From positions 1 through 38,152 of IMG/VR virus record IMGVR_UViG_3300033420_000015: a stretch of 38,152 nt of DNA. The stretch is one strand, 5' to 3'. Both the position numbers and the translations under genes were made by a program. Below the pieces are notes generated by a model that saw only the letters and a program-made list of their open reading frames with translations, was not told the origin of the DNA and did no database searches. Positions 17,452-27,483 of the stretch are shown here, piece after piece; within the stretch, counting starts at the first letter, position 1, and every line of letters begins with the position of its first letter. The stretch comes from a virus. Taxonomy: Duplodnaviria > Caudoviricetes.

Positions 17452-18552
17452 ATGAAATTAGAAAAGAAATTGGCTATTCAGAAAGCGATAATGGGACAAT
17501 CAGAGAAAGTAGATACTGCATTAAATGACCAACCTATAATTGATATACTTGCACCAAACTTTATGGAAGGTTCTATTTATGAACTGTGCAATAAAATCAA
17601 TGTAACTTCAAATAACGGGATTACATTGCCTCGTTATGATACAAGTCGTGCCACCGATTTATCATTCTTTGGTGCAAGAGCTTATTGGGTTGACGAAGGC
17701 GAACCTACACCTGATTCTAAAATTCAATACGACAATAAAGCTATGCCATTGAGAAAGGTTATTGCAAAGATTCCAGCTACAAACGAGATTATACAAGACG
17801 TAGATGCAATGGTAGGTTATATTAATACAATTGGTGTAAATTCAGTTAAATATCAATTGGATAGAGCTGTAATATATGGTTTGAGTCAATTTGCTATGGG
17901 TGGCGTATGTGCTGGTGGTGACGAAGCCACAGTTTACGTTGCAGGAACAGGTACTTGGGCTGGAACTGGAGCTAAGATGGTTGGCTCTTATTATGGCGGA
18001 AGTAAAGGTGTTTGGGTAATGTCTCAAGATATATGGGCTGCACTTGTAACAGAACATCAGAATGATTTTCTATTGGATATGTTTGAAGGTAAAGCTTATT
18101 TCCTTGGATATCCAGTATTTGTTTGTTCTGCTGCAAAAGATGATTGCTTGATTCTTGGCGATTTCAGTCAGTACACTATAGTTCAAAAAGAGCTTAGGAA
18201 AGAAATTAGCGAACATGTGCTATTTGACAGTGACCAATCAGTTATTAAAATAGCAATGAGAGTTCAGGGAGCACCTATTTGGTCGTCTCCTGTAACTTTG
18301 GAAAATGGTTCAGTCGTTGCTCCTTTCGTGGCTTTAAATACGATGGAATATCAAGAATCAAGCGAGGAATGGGAACAATCAAGCTCTTCTAGTTCAAACT
18401 CAAGCTCAAGTAGTTCTTCTTCTAGCTCTTCAGAAGGTTTTAGTTCAAGCTCTTCTTCAAGTTCAGAAGGAAATAGTTCTTCTTCAAGCTCAAGTTCTAG
18501 CGATAGCACTGAATTAAGTTCTGATAGTTCTGAATCAAGTTCTGGCGTTTAA
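17452..18552 (+). CDS. Major capsid protein paralog 2 (HK97 fold) with Ser-rich C-terminal tail
   Basis: AYWVDEG, LDRAVIYG, WVMS, LGYPV, LGDFSQY, FDSDQ; 68-aa tail containing 44 Ser. Confidence 0.88.
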   Translation: MKLEKKLAIQKAIMGQSEKVDTALNDQPIIDILAPNFMEGSIYELCNKINVTSNNGITLPRYDTSRATDLSFFGARAYWVDEGEPTPDSKIQYDNKAMPLRKVIAKIPATNEIIQDVDAMVGYINTIGVNSVKYQLDRAVIYGLSQFAMGGVCAGGDEATVYVAGTGTWAGTGAKMVGSYYGGSKGVWVMSQDIWAALVTEHQNDFLLDMFEGKAYFLGYPVFVCSAAKDDCLILGDFSQYTIVQKELRKEISEHVLFDSDQSVIKIAMRVQGAPIWSSPVTLENGSVVAPFVALNTMEYQESSEEWEQSSSSSSNSSSSSSSSSSSEGFSSSSSSSSEGNSSSSSSSSSDSTELSSDSSESSSGV

Positions 18553-18560
18553 GTTACATA

Positions 18561-18620
18561 GGGGCGTCAAGTAGTTGAGGTTGCTCCTTTCCACTCTTCT
18601 ACTTGACTGTCCCCGTTTTT
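18561..18620 (+). terminator. Terminator-like hairpin after capsid 2
   Basis: GGGG-C-GTCAAGTAG...CTACTTGAC-TGT-CCCC followed by a T-run. Confidence 0.6.
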
Positions 18621-18633
18621 AAGGAGAAAAATT

Positions 18634-19545
18634 ATGCCTTTATCAAATACAACACTTTTTAGGAGAGACTTTCCTAATACTACTTATACTGACCAATCTA
18701 TAATAAACGCTCTTCAACTTTCCACCGATATACTTATTAATTATTGTAATAGAGAATTCGAATATGGCACTCATACATCATATTTAAGTGGTTCTGGAGA
18801 TAATTATTTAATCCTACCTATATATCCTATTGATAGAGTATTAGATGTAAGTACTGATTTATACAATGGAATCAATATAACAGTAGATTCTAGCGTTTAT
18901 TCTGCAACAATTTACTCTGATTCAACAAAACTTACAGTAGATATAACAGATTTAGATGGAGATATTACTTCAACATATATTCTTTATTCATTAAATCCTA
19001 GAATGGGTGATATTGCAGATGAATTAAGTGGTATAACAGATATTACAGTTACATTATCTTCGCAATATAACAATGAGCCAAGCAGAAAGATTAAGCCTGA
19101 TAACATGATTGTATTGGGTGGACAAACGGAATATATAAGGTTTTACAAATCAGATTTGGCTATTAAATTTGTAAGGGAGGATAAAACAGATGACGTTATT
19201 ACATTCAATAGAGCACTTAATTCTGGTAATGCTAATATTTATGTTAAATACCGCGCTGGTTATATTTATCCCGTTGAAGAAGACGGAGATAGTTCCAGTT
19301 CCGAATCAGATGAAGTATATATTACCTACACTGTTCCAAATGATTTAATCAATATCTGTAATAAATTGGCTTATACTTTAATGACAGAAGGTAATGCGGA
19401 AAATCTACAAACTGGTATCTATAAATCAGAATCATTGGGGGATTATTCCTATACTAAATTTGATAATAATTCGCCTGTATCGCAATTACTATTAGCTGAT
19501 AAACAAACACTGTCAAGATATGTAAGAAAAACATTGACATGGTAA
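18634..19545 (+). CDS. Head-tail connector (gp6/gp15-like adaptor) with inserted domain
   Basis: INYCNREF, VKYRAGY, VPNDL, KSESLGDYSY. Confidence 0.85.
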   Translation: MPLSNTTLFRRDFPNTTYTDQSIINALQLSTDILINYCNREFEYGTHTSYLSGSGDNYLILPIYPIDRVLDVSTDLYNGINITVDSSVYSATIYSDSTKLTVDITDLDGDITSTYILYSLNPRMGDIADELSGITDITVTLSSQYNNEPSRKIKPDNMIVLGGQTEYIRFYKSDLAIKFVREDKTDDVITFNRALNSGNANIYVKYRAGYIYPVEEDGDSSSSESDEVYITYTVPNDLINICNKLAYTLMTEGNAENLQTGIYKSESLGDYSYTKFDNNSPVSQLLLADKQTLSRYVRKTLTW

Positions 19546-19555
19546 GGAGAAAACT

Positions 19556-20257
19556 ATGTCAAGGAGCGGTTTATACAGACTAACTTGTGAAATAAGAAGT
19601 AAAGTAACTACTACTGATTCTTATGGACAATATATTACTACCTATCAAACTCAATCTACTCCAAGATGTGGTATGAAAGAATTGAATGGACAGGAAATAG
19701 TTGCCTTAGGATTGCCGGTTCATACAAAGGTTATCAGAGTATATTTAAATCATGATATAGACGTTGTAGCAAGTGACCAAATCATAATTGACGATAGGAT
19801 ATATGAAGTCGTTTATATCAATGTATTAGGGTTGAGGACTGGATTGTGCAAAGGATTACAGGTAGATTGCAAGTTTATAGGGTTTTGCGAAAGTATGGAT
19901 TACAGTTCAAGTTCTTCTTCTAGTTCTTCTTCTAGTTCTTCTTCAAGTAGTTCTAGCGGTTGTGGTGGAGATTTGTGTTTGAGTGGATGGGGAGATATTT
20001 TCGTTAACGGAGCTTATTATGATATAGGTACATTCAATGGCAAAACTTTATATTCTCAGGACGAGGTTGCTACACAAGATGGAGATTGTTATATTCAATT
20101 TGATAACGTACTTTATGCTAACCGATGGATTATAAACAGAAGATTAACATTCAATACAATATCAAGAAGATATTATTCAGATTTAAATCCTGTTGATATT
20201 TATTCAGCTACGTGGACTAATATAAATGGTGATTTGCCTACAGGAGTGATAGAGTAA
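19556..20257 (+). CDS. Head closure (SPP1 gp16-like) paralog 1 with Ser18 linker and extra C-terminal domain
   Basis: DSYGQ, DVVASDQIIIDDRIYEV; Ser18 at 19904-19957. Confidence 0.75.
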   Translation: MSRSGLYRLTCEIRSKVTTTDSYGQYITTYQTQSTPRCGMKELNGQEIVALGLPVHTKVIRVYLNHDIDVVASDQIIIDDRIYEVVYINVLGLRTGLCKGLQVDCKFIGFCESMDYSSSSSSSSSSSSSSSSSSGCGGDLCLSGWGDIFVNGAYYDIGTFNGKTLYSQDEVATQDGDCYIQFDNVLYANRWIINRRLTFNTISRRYYSDLNPVDIYSATWTNINGDLPTGVIE

Positions 20258-20258
20258 T

Positions 20259-20678
20259 ATGTCACGTAATCAATTCCTTAATGTAACTGCCCTTATAAAG
20301 CAAAGACATAGCGGACAAGATGAATATGGTCAATTTGTATATAATTACACCGATAAATCATCCGCAATATGTTCTTTTCAATCATTAAGCGGTGGCGAAG
20401 CGATAGCATTAGGTTATCCTGTTAATTCTTTAGATATTAGGGCATATTTCAAGAAGGGAACTGATATCAAGGAAACAGACCAACTTATAATCAACAACGC
20501 TATTTATGAGGTTATATGGGTAAATAAGTTAGGGGCTAATGTAGGATTGACAAAAGGATTACAAGTTGATGGAAGATGGGTAGGCTATTGCGATAATAAT
20601 TACACTGAGAACTTAATATTGCTTGAAGACAGATTTATTATTTTGACAGAGGGCGGATTTAGCTTGGAGCAGGAATAA
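20259..20678 (+). CDS. Head closure paralog 2 with short acidic C-terminal peptide
   Basis: DEYGQ, DIKETDQLIINNAIYEV, GLQVD; homologous to the ORFs at 19556 and 27484. Confidence 0.75.
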   Translation: MSRNQFLNVTALIKQRHSGQDEYGQFVYNYTDKSSAICSFQSLSGGEAIALGYPVNSLDIRAYFKKGTDIKETDQLIINNAIYEVIWVNKLGANVGLTKGLQVDGRWVGYCDNNYTENLILLEDRFIILTEGGFSLEQE

Positions 20679-20707
20679 TCTCGTATATATAGTAGAGGAA
20701 TTTTATT

Positions 20708-23032
20708 ATGGCTAACTTAAAAATATCAGAATTGCAGGCAGTGACATCTTTGGAAGACAAGGATTTATTGGTAATTGCTAAATATGATGTTGGAACTGAC
20801 ACATATATATCCAAAAGTATTGAAGGGCAATATGTTGGTGGTAATTCTTCAGATGAGAAGGTAAAGTATGATGTAAATGACCCTACTGCCGGATATATTT
20901 TAGATAAATTTATTGCTGGCGATGGCATTAGTGTTTCAGAAGGGGTTGGAGCTGATGAAAATAAACTTGTCATAACCAATACAGACAAAGGCTCTAGCGT
21001 TGATTTAAGTGATTTTGTTCCATATACGGGAGCTACTGGAGATGTTGATTTAGGGGTTCATGGTTTGACGGCAACTGATTTAACAACAGATAGTGTTCAA
21101 TTTGATTTAGCTGCAAATGTAACTGTTGCAGAAGGTGAATTAGCTTGGAACACAACAGACGGAACTTTAAATTTAGGAATGCCAGATAATGTAACTCAGC
21201 AAATTGGTCAAGAGTTATTTATTAAAGTACATAATCGTTCTGGGGAAACAATTACTAATGGTTCACCCGTTTACTTTGATGGTAGACAAGGTAATCGTCC
21301 TAAGATATGGCTGGCTAAAGCAGATTCCGAGACAACTTGTTGTGTTGAAGGTATAACAACGAACGATATAGAAGACAATACTGATGGATTTATTACAACA
21401 TTTGGTTATGTAAGACAGATTAAGACAAATTATAGTGGTTCTGGAGTATGGGGAACTACTTGGAATGAAGGTGATAAGCTTTATGTATCAAAGGCTGTTG
21501 CTGGACAGTTGACTAATGTTCAACCTTCTGTTCCTCATCATTCAGATATAGTTGGTGAAGTTGCTATTGTTGGTGCTGCTGGTGTTGGTTCATTGTTTGT
21601 AAGGGTAGTAAGACATAAAGACTTTACTGATTTAGCTGACGTAAACGGAACTCCCTTAACAACTACTGGTCAATTCCCTTCTTGGCATCAAACAGAGGGT
21701 TACTTTGATTTTGATAAAAATATAAATGACTATCTACCAACAGCTACTGCTTCTTCTACCTACGCCAAACTAGACGGAACTAACCACCCTTTTACCTATG
21801 TTAAAACCCCTAAAATCCGCCCTAACGCTGACTCCACTACTGCTGTTCAGATAACTAAAGCCGATGGCACGACAAGTGTTTTGAATGTTGATACGACGAA
21901 TAGTAGGATTGGTATAGGAACAAATGCTCCAACAAATGCTTTAACTGTAAATGGCGCTGCGAATATAGTGGGTAATTTAATTTCTGGAGATTACAGATTC
22001 TTAGATAAAAATCCAACATCAGTAGCAGTTTCTGGAACAGATAGTTTGTTACCTTTTATGTCAGGAATTTATGCCGACCAATTTGCTTTTAAGCCAATTT
22101 ATGCTTTTGAATACCGCCAAGTATCAGATGGGGCTTGGATAAATGCGACAGGTATAAATAGTGGACAATATTTACTTGCTAACCGACCTGATATAATCAC
22201 AATTAATGGAACATTATATGATGGTATGCGAATTACTATTACTAGTGGAAGTTGGTTAGCCTCAGCTATGGGTGTTCTTGCTCAATCTTGGAATAATCCA
22301 GTTAGTAGTAGTTTAAATGTAACTTGGGAAAGTGGAACAGCTCCAAGCACTTGGACGACTAGAAAGAACTATGTTACTCTTGACACTACTGCATCTGTAA
22401 CACATTTTTCAACTATCGCCTATCATACGAGTGATAGTTACTGGAGAATAACTGCTGTAAAAGTAAAACCATCTTCAACCAATTTAGGTTTTAGTGGAGT
22501 TAAATTACTATCTGCTGAAAGAATGTTTGTTGGAGCTTATTCTGGTCTTCCGTTTACTTGGGATTATAATAAGAATGTTTTGGTAAGTGGTAAAGTAGGT
22601 ATAGGAACAACTGCACCATCAGAAAAACTTGAAGTATCTGGAAATATATTGGCGACTAATCTAAGCGGAACTAATACAGGTGACCAAGATTTATATTCAA
22701 CATTCGGTTCAACAACAGACGGAGCAGGAAGCGATATAACAACTGGCGAAAAAGGAAGAGTTGTAATGCCTTATGGTGGAGAATTAAAGGAATGGAGCAT
22801 AACTACAAAAGAAGGAACTAGCGGCTCTATTGCGTATACTATAAATAAGAATGGAACAACAATGATTGGCGTTGGAACGAAACCTAATTTATCAAGTCAG
22901 TCTACAAACAGTTCAACTATAACTGATTGGACATCTGTTGTGGTTGCAAAAGGTGACGTTATAACATTTGTAGTTGATAGCGTTACGTCTATAGATTGGG
23001 TAAATTTGTCAATAACGGCACTAAAGACATAA
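20708..23032 (+). CDS. Fibre-like virion protein
   Basis: MANLKISEL N-terminus, RIGIGTNAP and KVGIGTTAPSEKLEVSG trimeric fibre motifs, modular organisation. Confidence 0.7.
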   Translation: MANLKISELQAVTSLEDKDLLVIAKYDVGTDTYISKSIEGQYVGGNSSDEKVKYDVNDPTAGYILDKFIAGDGISVSEGVGADENKLVITNTDKGSSVDLSDFVPYTGATGDVDLGVHGLTATDLTTDSVQFDLAANVTVAEGELAWNTTDGTLNLGMPDNVTQQIGQELFIKVHNRSGETITNGSPVYFDGRQGNRPKIWLAKADSETTCCVEGITTNDIEDNTDGFITTFGYVRQIKTNYSGSGVWGTTWNEGDKLYVSKAVAGQLTNVQPSVPHHSDIVGEVAIVGAAGVGSLFVRVVRHKDFTDLADVNGTPLTTTGQFPSWHQTEGYFDFDKNINDYLPTATASSTYAKLDGTNHPFTYVKTPKIRPNADSTTAVQITKADGTTSVLNVDTTNSRIGIGTNAPTNALTVNGAANIVGNLISGDYRFLDKNPTSVAVSGTDSLLPFMSGIYADQFAFKPIYAFEYRQVSDGAWINATGINSGQYLLANRPDIITINGTLYDGMRITITSGSWLASAMGVLAQSWNNPVSSSLNVTWESGTAPSTWTTRKNYVTLDTTASVTHFSTIAYHTSDSYWRITAVKVKPSSTNLGFSGVKLLSAERMFVGAYSGLPFTWDYNKNVLVSGKVGIGTTAPSEKLEVSGNILATNLSGTNTGDQDLYSTFGSTTDGAGSDITTGEKGRVVMPYGGELKEWSITTKEGTSGSIAYTINKNGTTMIGVGTKPNLSSQSTNSSTITDWTSVVVAKGDVITFVVDSVTSIDWVNLSITALKT

Positions 23033-23042
23033 AAAGGAACTT

Positions 23043-25166
23043 ATGAATATATTTAAAGAATTGAATTTTGGAAGTTTGTCATCTTACGCTTATGGAGTTG
23101 ATGCATACGATTCTACTAAATTAGGATTAGGCGGGATAATTACGCAAAGAACTGGAATAAATAAATCAGACAATTATGTAAGCCCACCTAATATTGGATT
23201 TGGTAGCCCTTTGGAAACATCTATTGGCATACCTTCTTTATTTTCATCTGCTATAACATGGACTTCTAACAAAGATTATGTTTTTTATGCCGATGGTGCT
23301 GCCGCTGCTGCTACCCGTAGAGTTCAATTATTTGAGTTGAATAGAACTACATTTGACTTTACTCTACTTGGCTTTATAACGCTTACATTCCCACAAGCAG
23401 GCAATAACACAATAAAAGGTATTAAAACTATATATGATACCTATACTACTGGAACAGCAAGCGTTAATGGAACTGCTGTAACTGGAACAAGCTCTTTATG
23501 GACTGATTCAAGATTGGCTGTAGGTTCAAGAATAGGTTTCGGCTCTAAAACTCCATCAGCAATAACTACTTGGTATGAAATTTCAGCTATAGGTTCAAAT
23601 ACAGGAATAACATTGACTACAGATGCTGGCGTTATTGCTGATGGTGACTATGTAATTGAAGAGTTAAGGATTGCTATTGCTGTCACTAATAATACTGTTG
23701 CTAACGGTGGATTAATGATTGTCAAAGGTTTAAGATTTGAATTGTTCAATATGACTGGAACAACTATATCAGCCGCAACTAATTTAGATAATATAAGAGC
23801 AGTATATTGGTTGAAGAATGCAGCAGTAAACACAAATACTGTATCATTAGGATTAGATGTAATAAAAAATAGCTTGACTTCTCAAGATTGTTATGTTTTA
23901 AATACAGTTGCCAATCCAATAATGTTCAAATATAATCTAAGAGCTGCTTTAACAGTTGTATCTGGTGCTTCAGAAAACGCATTTGTATTACTTTCTGGTG
24001 CTCATGGTGCTGTTACAGGAACTCCGACTCAAAATGGTAACTTCATAATTGCCACTGCTTCTCACGGAAACGGAAGTGGAATTCCTTGTGGATATTTTAC
24101 TACATCAACAAGAGTATATAGGACTATTGATGTAAGGAATATAACTTCGGCGTCTACTCTTTGGGCTGGAGATAACTGTATTGAGAAAGCACCGTTTGGA
24201 GCTACTACATTTGCCGCTACTTCTACAATGAATAATATAGCTTACTCTGCTTCTATGGATGGATTTATCATAGCTACAGGTAATAGGATATACTTTACTA
24301 AATATAGAACAGATGGAAGTAACTTTGACAGGATATTGTTAAGTGATAATAAACAGTTAAATCAATATTCGGCATTTCCAAATCTTCCTAGATATGTATC
24401 ATTTGGAACAGGAGCACCATTTTTAATAAGTGTAAACAACTGCATTACATATATAACATCTTCAACTATAACTGCTGGAACTAACTATATTTATGCGTTA
24501 CCATTATGTGCTGACGTTCAATATACATCAACAAGTAATAATGTGGCTATAACACCAAAAATAACATTCAATAAGGTTGGAGATTATAATTCAGTTTATG
24601 TTAAATCAATCAATTATGTAGGAAGCGATATAGCTCTTAGTATACCTTCTGAGCAATATTATATATCATTCAGGACTTCTGGAATAAGCGATAACAGTGG
24701 AGTATGGAATCTGCTTGGTAATGATTTGGATTTATCAAATGTTGGTAATGTTTCAAATGAGATACAGTTCAAGGTTGAGTGGAAGATTATGGGACTGACT
24801 TGCATACCTTCTAAAATAATATCTTTGGGTGTCGCTTATGATGATACAAGCACTGATTATCATTTCCAACCTTCAATAAAGAATTCAAATGTAAGCAATA
24901 AGATTTTCTCTTGGAGATTTTCTACTGCATTTGGTTCTACTGTTCCTAAAATGAGAATTAGATTGTTTAATGCTGTAAATAATCAATTGTTATATGATGA
25001 TAATTCAGTTACTCAATCTGGAACATGGGCTAAATCAACTAATGATGGGGCTGTTTGGGGTGCTTATGACAGTGTAGATAAAGCTAATGAGACTACATAT
25101 ATAAGATTTACTCCACATGAATTGGCTGATAACTTAAAGGTATTGGCTGTTTTAACTGAATTTTAA
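23043..25166 (+). CDS. Large beta-rich putative virion protein
   Basis: 707 aa, T/S/G/N-rich; YTTGTASVNGTAVTGTSSLW fibre-type motif. Confidence 0.6.
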   Translation: MNIFKELNFGSLSSYAYGVDAYDSTKLGLGGIITQRTGINKSDNYVSPPNIGFGSPLETSIGIPSLFSSAITWTSNKDYVFYADGAAAAATRRVQLFELNRTTFDFTLLGFITLTFPQAGNNTIKGIKTIYDTYTTGTASVNGTAVTGTSSLWTDSRLAVGSRIGFGSKTPSAITTWYEISAIGSNTGITLTTDAGVIADGDYVIEELRIAIAVTNNTVANGGLMIVKGLRFELFNMTGTTISAATNLDNIRAVYWLKNAAVNTNTVSLGLDVIKNSLTSQDCYVLNTVANPIMFKYNLRAALTVVSGASENAFVLLSGAHGAVTGTPTQNGNFIIATASHGNGSGIPCGYFTTSTRVYRTIDVRNITSASTLWAGDNCIEKAPFGATTFAATSTMNNIAYSASMDGFIIATGNRIYFTKYRTDGSNFDRILLSDNKQLNQYSAFPNLPRYVSFGTGAPFLISVNNCITYITSSTITAGTNYIYALPLCADVQYTSTSNNVAITPKITFNKVGDYNSVYVKSINYVGSDIALSIPSEQYYISFRTSGISDNSGVWNLLGNDLDLSNVGNVSNEIQFKVEWKIMGLTCIPSKIISLGVAYDDTSTDYHFQPSIKNSNVSNKIFSWRFSTAFGSTVPKMRIRLFNAVNNQLLYDDNSVTQSGTWAKSTNDGAVWGAYDSVDKANETTYIRFTPHELADNLKVLAVLTEF

Positions 25167-25175
25167 AGGTGAATT

Positions 25176-27047
25176 ATGGCAACTAATATAACTAACTGGA
25201 CAGAATTACAAGCTATTACCGCCAATATGGATGGAGATTATGTTCTTGTAAATGATTTGAATTCTACTACGGCTGGATATGCTGGAATTGGAAATGCTTG
25301 GAGTTTCTTTGGAGGAGCTGCATTTACAGGAACGCTTGATGGACAAAATTTTACAATATCAAATATAGTTTGCGTAGCTGCTGGTGCTGGTCAATCACCG
25401 TGTTTTTTCCGAACTGTTAATGGAGCAATAGTAAAAGATTTAACTATTAGTGGCTCTTTTACAAAAACAAATACTACCGCTGTTGGTGCTGGAACTTTTG
25501 CATATACAATAATAAATTCAACAGTAACAAACGTAAAATCATATTCAACTATATCTACTAACTCATATTGTAGTGGGTTTGCATATATTATATCAAATTC
25601 TGTTGTTTCAGGTTGTATTTTTAGTGGTAGTATTTCAAATTCTGGAACTTTAGGGCAAACAGGAGGATTTACATATCAGACTCGTTCAAGTAGTACAGAT
25701 AATTATGTAACAGATTGTCATGTAATTAATACAACAATTACAACAAGTGGAACTACTGTAGCAGGTAGCACAAGTTCAGGATTCGTAGCTCAAGGTGGTA
25801 GTAACACTGATTTAGTATATAAAAGTTACATATCTAATTGTTCTGTAAGAAATACAACTATTAATACTACTGGAGCTAGTTCTGCTACAGGGGTTGCTGC
25901 TGGATTCTGTGACTATGGATATCTTTCTAGCGTTATTGACAAATGTTATACAAAGAATATTAGACTTACTGAATCTAGAGGTTATAAATCGTTTTTCGTT
26001 GGAATTATTACTGGCGGAACAATTACTAACTGTTATGCTGAAGATTGCGTATCTACTTCAAGTGTTCTTGGTTCTTATTCAGGTGGTTTTATTTCTTTTA
26101 CTGGAGCGACTAATAATCCAACTATATCAAATTGTTATGTTAAAAATTGTTATATGATTGCTGCAAATTATGTTGGTGGATTTGTAGGCTCGCATATTGC
26201 TGGAACAATTACTAACTGTTATGCAGAGAATATGAATTTGGTTGGAACTGGAATATTAGCTGGAGGATTCAGTGGGGCTGTTGTCGGAGGAACTATTACT
26301 AATTGTTATTCTAAAAACTGCAATGCCATAGCTAAAACGAGAGTTGGCGGATTTACTGGCTATTTAGATGTAGGCACTATAGAAGATTGTTATGCAGATA
26401 CAATAGCAAATGGAGAAGCTGATGTTGGAGGTTTTTGCGGTATGTATATTTCTGGAACTACTACAGATTGTTATTGGAATACAGACAGAGGACTATTAAC
26501 TTCTTCGCAAGGAACAGGTAAAACGTCTTTGGAATTAGCTACATTAAGCACATTTTCAACTTGGGATAAAGATATAAATTGGGCTGTAATGGGTAATTCT
26601 ATGCCAGAGTTATTGTTTACTTATAATACTTGGACTGGTGCTATTGATAATGATTTCAATAAGGCTGGTAATTGGTTCAAAGGAACTATACCGACATACA
26701 ATACAGACATATTATTCAGTTCTGCTTATGTTGTTAATTGCACTATACCAAACGCAACAGTAAGAAATATATTGGTTACAAGTGGATATTCTGGAACAAT
26801 TACGATTAATGGTGTTGTTCAATGCGTTGGTATAACTCAAAATGGTGGAACTGTAAGCGGGACATATCCTAATTACATACATTCGGAATATTCTCCTGTT
26901 TTAAATGGGGGGACTTGGAGTATAGGGGAGATACCGCAATCAGGAATAGTTGGATATGTAATTGATGATATTCTTTACAATGATTTTGAGGGAGAGTTCT
27001 ATTTAAGCGTTACTGCTGGTGGTGAAGTTAGTTTCGTATATATTTAA
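25176..27047 (+). CDS. GLUG-like beta-helix repeat protein (putative adhesin or spike)
   Basis: TELQAI..DGDYVLVNDL, FTGTLDGQNFTISN, repeated VGGFxG..GTITNCY. Confidence 0.7.
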   Translation: MATNITNWTELQAITANMDGDYVLVNDLNSTTAGYAGIGNAWSFFGGAAFTGTLDGQNFTISNIVCVAAGAGQSPCFFRTVNGAIVKDLTISGSFTKTNTTAVGAGTFAYTIINSTVTNVKSYSTISTNSYCSGFAYIISNSVVSGCIFSGSISNSGTLGQTGGFTYQTRSSSTDNYVTDCHVINTTITTSGTTVAGSTSSGFVAQGGSNTDLVYKSYISNCSVRNTTINTTGASSATGVAAGFCDYGYLSSVIDKCYTKNIRLTESRGYKSFFVGIITGGTITNCYAEDCVSTSSVLGSYSGGFISFTGATNNPTISNCYVKNCYMIAANYVGGFVGSHIAGTITNCYAENMNLVGTGILAGGFSGAVVGGTITNCYSKNCNAIAKTRVGGFTGYLDVGTIEDCYADTIANGEADVGGFCGMYISGTTTDCYWNTDRGLLTSSQGTGKTSLELATLSTFSTWDKDINWAVMGNSMPELLFTYNTWTGAIDNDFNKAGNWFKGTIPTYNTDILFSSAYVVNCTIPNATVRNILVTSGYSGTITINGVVQCVGITQNGGTVSGTYPNYIHSEYSPVLNGGTWSIGEIPQSGIVGYVIDDILYNDFEGEFYLSVTAGGEVSFVYI

Positions 27048-27056
27048 GGGGGAATT

Positions 27057-27482
27057 ATGATATATTTTGATAGTGGAGAAGGAATAAGAATACCTGATTG
27101 TTATGTAATTGAAGGCGGGAATTACAATGATACTGATTTAGTTCCAGTTGCAAAGTCTGGAAGCGATGTTTTATATACAAAAATACAGGCTTATTGGTTG
27201 AAAAATGGTGATTGGTTTCCATTTATACCAACAGAATATATAAAGAATTCATTTGATGCAGATAAAGCTATTTCAAGAGAGGCACAAGTTTTTACAATTG
27301 ACAGGATTATTGCATTAGCTCCATTTACATATACTATAAATGAGATGATTAGATATGAGAACTGGACTCAATTGAAGAAAATGATAGGTGGGTTAATACA
27401 AAGTGGATATGCAACAAACGAAGATTATGTCAACTTCAATAGTATTTTAAAAGAACAGGATATAGATTTGGATTGGTTATAA
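27057..27482 (+). CDS. Hypothetical protein (possible fibre chaperone)
   Basis: 141-aa ORF after the fibre genes, GGGGGA RBS. Confidence 0.6.
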   Translation: MIYFDSGEGIRIPDCYVIEGGNYNDTDLVPVAKSGSDVLYTKIQAYWLKNGDWFPFIPTEYIKNSFDADKAISREAQVFTIDRIIALAPFTYTINEMIRYENWTQLKKMIGGLIQSGYATNEDYVNFNSILKEQDIDLDWL

Positions 27483-27483
27483 T

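Noticed and set aside
18358-18549. Poly-Ser tail as a microsatellite or assembly artefact
   Set aside because: Codons alternate between TCN and AGY without a simple period, and Ser tracts recur in other structural genes
25894-26157. Alternate-frame plus-strand Leu-rich ORF inside the GLUG-like gene
   Set aside because: By-product of T-ending codons in the main frame; no RBS
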